From contig CBDBDQ010000005.1 of the NCBI GenBank assembly GCA_965203905.1, positions 2,592,001 to 2,656,000 of the forward strand: a stretch of DNA of 64,000 nucleotides, read 5' to 3'. The stretch comes from Spirochaetia bacterium (GTDB taxonomy: Bacteria; Spirochaetota; Spirochaetia; SZUA-6; Bin103). Each line of letters begins with the position of its first letter. The first letter of the stretch is position 1. Made by a program: the position numbers and the translations under genes. Below are positions 58,754-64,000 of this stretch, piece after piece. The notes beneath the pieces are model-generated. The model was given only the letters and a program-made list of their open reading frames with translations, was not told where the DNA came from and made no database searches.

Positions 58754-59937
58754 CGGATAAAGTAGCGCCGCGCGCGGGTCTTGCCCTCGGCACGTATCAG
58801 TCCGGCATGTACGAGCTTGTGGAACAGGGCGCGAACGGTTGCCGGCGGGGCTCCGATCAGCTTGACGCCTTCGGGAGTCGAGAGGCTGCCCCGGCGCCGA
58901 ATTTCATCAAGCAGCATCTGAGCCTGTTTGGTCATGGGACCGCCGGCGACGGGTACGATGAGGTTCGCGAGGGCGTAGCGCGAGCCCCCGCGGATACCAA
59001 TGCGCGCCAACAAGCCTTTGGTCTGGGCACGTGCAAGCAGTTCGCGCGTGTCCGATTCCGGCATCGCTTCACGAACCTGGCGCGGAGCGATGGAGCCACC
59101 GGCGCGGCGGACCTCGATCAGCAGGCGACGTTCATCTGCCGTCAGATGCACATCTTCGAGCGCCTGAAGCCAAAGTTGCTCCTCCACGTCGATTACGCTG
59201 CGGTTGTAGAGCGTGACGGTCACCGAACTGTCGGTCGCGGCGAAGACCGGCGGTTCCAGCAGGCGCGACTCCATCTCCTGATACATGCGCTCGATTCCCT
59301 CACCGTACTCTTCGACCAGTCCCACGGTCTTCAAGACCCGCATGATCCGTGGATTACGGCTGTAGTGCTCGGAGCGCATGTTTTCGAGCGTAATGTGACC
59401 GGGAAGCGACCCGGGACTGTGGATCTCGATGCGGTCGTCCCAGATGCTGATGTCCACGGTGCTGCCTTTCAGGCCATAGTCACGATGGGCGAGAGCGTTG
59501 ACAATCGCTTCTCGCAACACCGCTCGGGGGTACTCGTGCAGCAACTCCCGTCTCGATCCGGTGACTGCTTCCACGCTTCGCGTGTGGTCGGCGATGAACC
59601 TCAGGCAGCAGTCGACGGTCGTCACCAACGGTGCGGAACACTCCTCACGGGCGGTGGCCGGGCCGGGTCCGGGGCCCACACCCACGCGGCGCACGAGTTG
59701 CACGGCGGCACCCCGGATCACCTCCCGGGGCTTCGACGCGAACAGAATGGCGGCGGCCTGCAACACGCTGCTTCCCAGTGGCGGGGGGGCTGCGGCGGCG
59801 ACATTCAGGTCGGTAAGGGCACGGGACAGCTGAGTTGGTCCGACCGGGCTACGCCCATCGGCGGTCAGCGCCTGGTTTACCGCATCGAGGCTGATCGTTT
59901 CCTGTCGGAGCAGCGCCAGGGGTTCATTCTTGGCCAC
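58750..59937 (-). CDS. RecG-C/HATPase_c_4-type ATP-binding protein with C-terminal HTHs; N-terminal AlbA domain apparently missing
   Basis: EYP..LREAIVNALAHRDY, DRIEIHSPG, RNP, GEGI; start uncertain, possibly truncated. Confidence 0.7.
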   Translation of the reverse strand: MAKNEPLALLRQETISLDAVNQALTADGRSPVGPTQLSRALTDLNVAAAAPPPLGSSVLQAAAILFASKPREVIRGAAVQLVRRVGVGPGPGPATAREECSAPLVTTVDCCLRFIADHTRSVEAVTGSRRELLHEYPRAVLREAIVNALAHRDYGLKGSTVDISIWDDRIEIHSPGSLPGHITLENMRSEHYSRNPRIMRVLKTVGLVEEYGEGIERMYQEMESRLLEPPVFAATDSSVTVTLYNRSVIDVEEQLWLQALEDVHLTADERRLLIEVRRAGGSIAPRQVREAMPESDTRELLARAQTKGLLARIGIRGGSRYALANLIVPVAGGPMTKQAQMLLDEIRRRGSLSTPEGVKLIGAPPATVRALFHKLVHAGLIRAEGKTRARRYFIR

Positions 59938-60119
59938 ATTCCTGCCCCCAGTCTGCTCCAGGACGGGACAAGCCCTAGGGTTCCGCCATGAAGCGGTTGT
60001 AGGACGCACGGGGCGGTGCTTGCCCTGCGCGGCCTGGGACGCAACAATGCGGCCCGCGAGCGGCGCCGCAGGCGCGTCCCACTGAAGTCCCTCAGCTCGC
60101 GGGAGAGGAATATCGACCA

Positions 60120-61718
60120 ATGCCCAGGATGACCGGCGGCCAGGCGCTGGCCCGGCAGTTGTATCGGGAAGGCGTGCGGGTGATTTTCGGCCTGCCCGGA
60201 GTGCAGCTCTACCACCTGCTGGACGGGCTCCACGAGCAGTCGGGGATCCGCTTCATCACCACCCGCCACGAGCAGGCCACCACCTACATGGCCGACGGGT
60301 TCTCGCGCGCCGGCGGCGGCATCGGCACCGCCCTCGTGGTGCCCGGACCGGGGCTGCAGAACGCCTCCGCCGGCATCGGCACCGCCTACTCCGCGTCGTC
60401 GCCAATCCTGGTCATCGCGGGACAGGTGGAGCAGGACCTGATCGGGGTCGACCGCGGCGTGCTGCACGAGATCAACGATCAGCTCGACACCGTCCGGCCG
60501 GTGATCAAGTGGGGCCGGCGCATACTGGCGGCGCGGGATGTGCCCGGTGCCGTCCGCGAGGCGTTCCATCAGTTGCAGTCGGGCCGGCCGCGTCCGGTCG
60601 AGATAGAGATTCCTCCCGATACCCTCGCCGAGCAAGCGGACGTGGAGCTGGTCGAGCCGGTGAACTACCGGCGTCCGGCGGCTGCCGAGGCGGAGATCCG
60701 GCGCGGCGCCGAGTTGCTGGCCGGCGCGACCAATCCGGCGATCTGGGCCGGCGGCGGCGTACACTTGGCGGACGCCCACGCCGAGCTGCTGCAGGTGGCC
60801 GAGCATCTGCAGGCGCCGGTGTTCGCCACCGGCGAGGGCCGCGGCGCGGTCTCCGACCGGCACTACCTGTCGCTCGGTCCGATCAGCTTCGGGCGCGACT
60901 CCTACCGCGAGCGCCGCGGCGAACATGACCTGATCTTCGCCGTCGGCACCCGCCTGGCGACGCCGGGGTTGCTCGACGGCCAGCAGGTGCTGCAGCTCGA
61001 TATCGACCCGCAGGAGATCGGCCGTAACCACCAGCCAACCGCCGGCATGGTGGGCGATGCGCGCGCCACGCTGGCCGCCCTGTACGAACAGCTCGCCGGT
61101 ATGATGCCGCCGCGCCCGAGCCGCGAGGCGGAACTGGAGGCGCTCTACGCGGAACGGTTCGACGGTGCCGCGGAACCCGAGCCGCTGAAGTCGTTCATGC
61201 GCGCGATCCGCGCCGGCGTGCCCGACGACGGCATCATCGTCCAGGACTTCACCCAGCTCGGCTACTACAGCCGCTCCCACTGCCCGATCTACGCGCCGCG
61301 CTCCTACATCACCCCCTCCTACTTCGGCACCTTGGGCTACGGCTATCCCACGGCGCTCGGCGCCAAGGTGGCGCAACCCGACAAGGCGGTGGTGGCGATC
61401 TGCGGCGACGGCGGCTTCCTGTATAACTCGCAGGAGCTGGCGACCGCCGTCAAGTACGGCATCGCCGCGGTGGCGGTCGTGTTCAACGACAACGCCTTCG
61501 GCAACGTGCTGCGCGATCAGCGCAATCGCTTCGGCGGCCGCGTGTACGGCTCCGAGCTGTACAACCCGGACTTCATGAAGCTGGCCGACGCCTACGGCGT
61601 GCGCGGGGAACGGGTGACGGACGCCGCGGGCCTGGAGGCGGCGCTGAAGCGGGCCGTCGCCGGCGCTGCTCCGAGCCTGATCGAAGTGCCGGTCGGGGAG
61701 CTGCCGACACCCTACTGA
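60120..61718 (+). CDS. Thiamine pyrophosphate-binding enzyme (acetolactate synthase-like)
   Basis: FGLPG, RHEQ, GPG, GDGG..FND TPP motif. Confidence 0.9.
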   Translation: MPRMTGGQALARQLYREGVRVIFGLPGVQLYHLLDGLHEQSGIRFITTRHEQATTYMADGFSRAGGGIGTALVVPGPGLQNASAGIGTAYSASSPILVIAGQVEQDLIGVDRGVLHEINDQLDTVRPVIKWGRRILAARDVPGAVREAFHQLQSGRPRPVEIEIPPDTLAEQADVELVEPVNYRRPAAAEAEIRRGAELLAGATNPAIWAGGGVHLADAHAELLQVAEHLQAPVFATGEGRGAVSDRHYLSLGPISFGRDSYRERRGEHDLIFAVGTRLATPGLLDGQQVLQLDIDPQEIGRNHQPTAGMVGDARATLAALYEQLAGMMPPRPSREAELEALYAERFDGAAEPEPLKSFMRAIRAGVPDDGIIVQDFTQLGYYSRSHCPIYAPRSYITPSYFGTLGYGYPTALGAKVAQPDKAVVAICGDGGFLYNSQELATAVKYGIAAVAVVFNDNAFGNVLRDQRNRFGGRVYGSELYNPDFMKLADAYGVRGERVTDAAGLEAALKRAVAGAAPSLIEVPVGELPTPY

Positions 61719-61798
61719 CTCTGGCCGCCGCGCCGCCGCACGCCGCCGTGGGCGGCTGTGGCCATTCCCGGCGTGGGCAGTTAGTATCGGTCGCTGCG

Positions 61799-63694
61799 AT
61801 GGCAACAGGCACCAGGCGCAGGAAGACCACCGGCCGTACGCGGCGCGGAGCGAATGACGGCCGTGGACGGCTGCGCATCGGCAACCAGTGGAACGCGATC
61901 ACCATCATTGCGCTGTCGCAGAACAGCCCGCTGAAGGCGATCGCGGAGTTCGTGGAGAACTCCATCGACGCGCGCGCACGCAACATCACCATCGTCCGCG
62001 GCCGGGAGCAGGGCGAGCCCTACCTGCGGGTTGTGGACGACGGCGAGGGCATCCGCCTGAACGACGCCGGCGTACCCGACTTCGACTACGTCGCCACCCA
62101 CGTCTGCGACTCGATCAAGCGCCGGCTCAAGGCGCGGGGCGCCACCGGCATCCAGGGCGAGTTCGGCATCGGCCTGCTCAGCTTCTGGACCGTCGGCGAG
62201 CGCCTGGTGCTCTCCTCGGCCGGCGCCGACGGCCGCGTACACGACATGGAGATGATCAAGGAGGAGCCACACTACAAAGTCACCAAACGGCGGCTGCTGA
62301 TCTCGCAGCCGGGCACCGAATTGTTGGTCAAGCCGCTGCTGCCCGGCATCCGCCAGCTCAACCCGGAGCGGATCCAGGCGTTCCTGGCCAGCGAGCTGCG
62401 CGAACGGATCCGTTCCTCCGGGGTGCGCATCCGCATCAAGGACCGGCGCGCGCGCAAGGACCTGGAGGTTGTGCCGCGCGAGTTCACCGGGCGGCTGCTG
62501 CGCGAGATCGGACCGGTCAACACGCCGGACGGCGCGGTAGAGGCCGAACTCTACGTCGGCGAGGCGCAGCCCGAGCACCGCGTAGCGCTGTTTCGCAATG
62601 GCACCCGCGTGGTGCCCGACATCAGCCGGCTGCCGGGGCTGGAGCGCGAGCCGTGGACCTCCGGCCTGCTGCGCGGGATGATCGACGCGCCGTTCCTGCA
62701 GCTCACCCCCGGCACTCGCGGCGGGGTGGTGTTCGACGCCCGCTACGCCACGCTGTGCCGGGCGCTGGAGGAGCTGGAGCCGCGCGTCATCGAGCAGGTG
62801 GAGCGCGAGCGTGCTGCGGCCGAGGAGGAGGCCAGCCGCAGCATTCTGCGCTCGGTGCGCAAGGCGCTCACCGAGGGACTGCTCGCGCTGCCCAACGCCG
62901 ACTACCAGTGGCTGGAGGTGGCCGAGCCGCGCCGCCGCACGGCAGCCGGTGCGCCGGGCAACGCCACCTCGGCGCGCGACGAGAGCGCCGGCGACACGCC
63001 CCTGATCGGCCTCGAAGACGCCGCGGGCTCGCTCGCTCCGGAGCCGGGGGTCACCCCTTCCGAGGCGGGCGACGACGCCGGGGGGCGCGCATTTCACGAG
63101 CACGCGGGGGCGCTGTACAAGGTGACGGTGTCGCCGGCTTCCGCCGTGGTGAAGGTCGGGGAGACGTGCACGATCCGCTGCTTGCCCAAGGATCGCCGCG
63201 GCCGGCCGATCGAAGCCGGGGTGGAGGTGAGCTGGCAGGTGGTCGACGGCGCCGGCAGCCTGCGCGACCGCGACCGCGAGGTGGTGACCTTCGCAGCCCC
63301 GGCCGAGCCGGGCCTCTCGGTGATCCGGGTTACCGCCCGCCAGCAGGAGAGCGAGTGCAGTGCGGATGCCAGCGTGACCATCACCGAGTCGCTCGGCGAC
63401 CGTTTCGACAGTCCGCAGCAGAACAACGGGCGCGGCATTCCCCGCTATACCTTCCGCCATGCACCGGGCGAGTTGTGGCGCTCGCGCTACGACGCGCAGA
63501 ACAACCTGATCGTGGTCAACAACGGCCACAATGACTACCGATACGCTTCCGAGAAGCGGGCGCGCGAGCTGCGCTACATGCTGCGCCTGTACGCCAAGGA
63601 GCTGGTGCTGGAGAACTTCCCCGGCCAGGACCGCGGCGAGCTGCTGGAGCGGATGATCGAGCTCTCCCTCTACGCCGAGGAGCACCTGCGTTAG
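61799..63694 (+). CDS. GHKL (MORC/MutL-like) ATPase with Ig-like insert
   Basis: EFVENSIDA, DDGEGI, GEFGIG, GT; C-terminal IVVNNGH. Confidence 0.8.
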   Translation: MATGTRRRKTTGRTRRGANDGRGRLRIGNQWNAITIIALSQNSPLKAIAEFVENSIDARARNITIVRGREQGEPYLRVVDDGEGIRLNDAGVPDFDYVATHVCDSIKRRLKARGATGIQGEFGIGLLSFWTVGERLVLSSAGADGRVHDMEMIKEEPHYKVTKRRLLISQPGTELLVKPLLPGIRQLNPERIQAFLASELRERIRSSGVRIRIKDRRARKDLEVVPREFTGRLLREIGPVNTPDGAVEAELYVGEAQPEHRVALFRNGTRVVPDISRLPGLEREPWTSGLLRGMIDAPFLQLTPGTRGGVVFDARYATLCRALEELEPRVIEQVERERAAAEEEASRSILRSVRKALTEGLLALPNADYQWLEVAEPRRRTAAGAPGNATSARDESAGDTPLIGLEDAAGSLAPEPGVTPSEAGDDAGGRAFHEHAGALYKVTVSPASAVVKVGETCTIRCLPKDRRGRPIEAGVEVSWQVVDGAGSLRDRDREVVTFAAPAEPGLSVIRVTARQQESECSADASVTITESLGDRFDSPQQNNGRGIPRYTFRHAPGELWRSRYDAQNNLIVVNNGHNDYRYASEKRARELRYMLRLYAKELVLENFPGQDRGELLERMIELSLYAEEHLR

Positions 63695-63713
63695 CGCCCT
63701 GGGCTCCGGGGCG

Positions 63714-63941
63714 TCAGTCCTCTATGGCCAGCGCTACTTTGAGACTCCCGTTCAGGCTCTCCATCCTGGTGTCCGACAGCGTGCCCAAGTAGTTGGTGAG
63801 GGCAGCCTTGGGCAGGCTCACCAACTCGTCGCAGTGCACCGCACTGTCGTGCTTCAGACCCTCGGGCACACCGACCGGAACCTGGGTAGCAATTCCGGCC
63901 CGGGTCGTGAATACGGGAGTGCACACCTCTCAACGCTTCAT
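63714..63941 (-). pseudogene. PemK/MazF toxin pseudogene
   Basis: ATG AAG CGT TGA (nonsense at codon 4); central region missing; C-terminal EGLKHDSAVHCDEL..LGTLS. Confidence 0.75.
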
Positions 63942-64000
63942 GCGTCGTCCTGATACTCCAGCACCTCACGCGCCTCGCGGTTGAATTCGTCGGCGTGGGC
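63938..64000 (-). CDS. 3' end of the cognate antitoxin (partial)
   Basis: ..HADEFNREAREVLEYQDDA* overlaps the PemK ATG (ATGA). Confidence 0.65.
   Translation of the reverse strand, partial: AHADEFNREAREVLEYQDDA

Overview
High-GC bacterial chromosomal window. The mevalonate genes, Rpn nuclease, DUF222-HNH element and many TA modules would fit a Spirochaetota-like host-associated bacterium, but this is inference only. Left to right: pdxA 3' end; AbiEii remnant; secreted PPC-repeat protein; BNR sialidase-like protein; arsR-arsP; S66 peptidase; a LuxR-linked polyamine/agmatine cluster (M20 hydrolase, class III aminotransferase, potFGHI, agmatine deiminase) with three copies of a palindromic operator; a mevalonate cluster (mvaA, mvaD, PMK, MK) that looks tandemly triplicated and decayed into chimeric pseudogenes; miaB; Fic; AAA-DUF4143; a DIP1984-like gene; two adenosine deaminases; S9 peptidase; a frameshifted DUF222-HNH gene; mnmG/mnmE/queG; TA pairs; an ABC exporter with a uORF-coupled attenuator; fluC; a TPP enzyme; a MORC-like GHKL ATPase; and a dead PemK. 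The top candidate for an undescribed system is the DIP1984/DUF6847-like gene (29638-30174). It is directly followed by a ~300-nt structured non-coding segment with UUCG and GNRA hairpins, an 11-bp long-range helix and an 8-nt-periodic CAGC array, which suggests a protein plus ncRNA (RNP) module. All family assignments come from motif recognition by eye; no searches were run.
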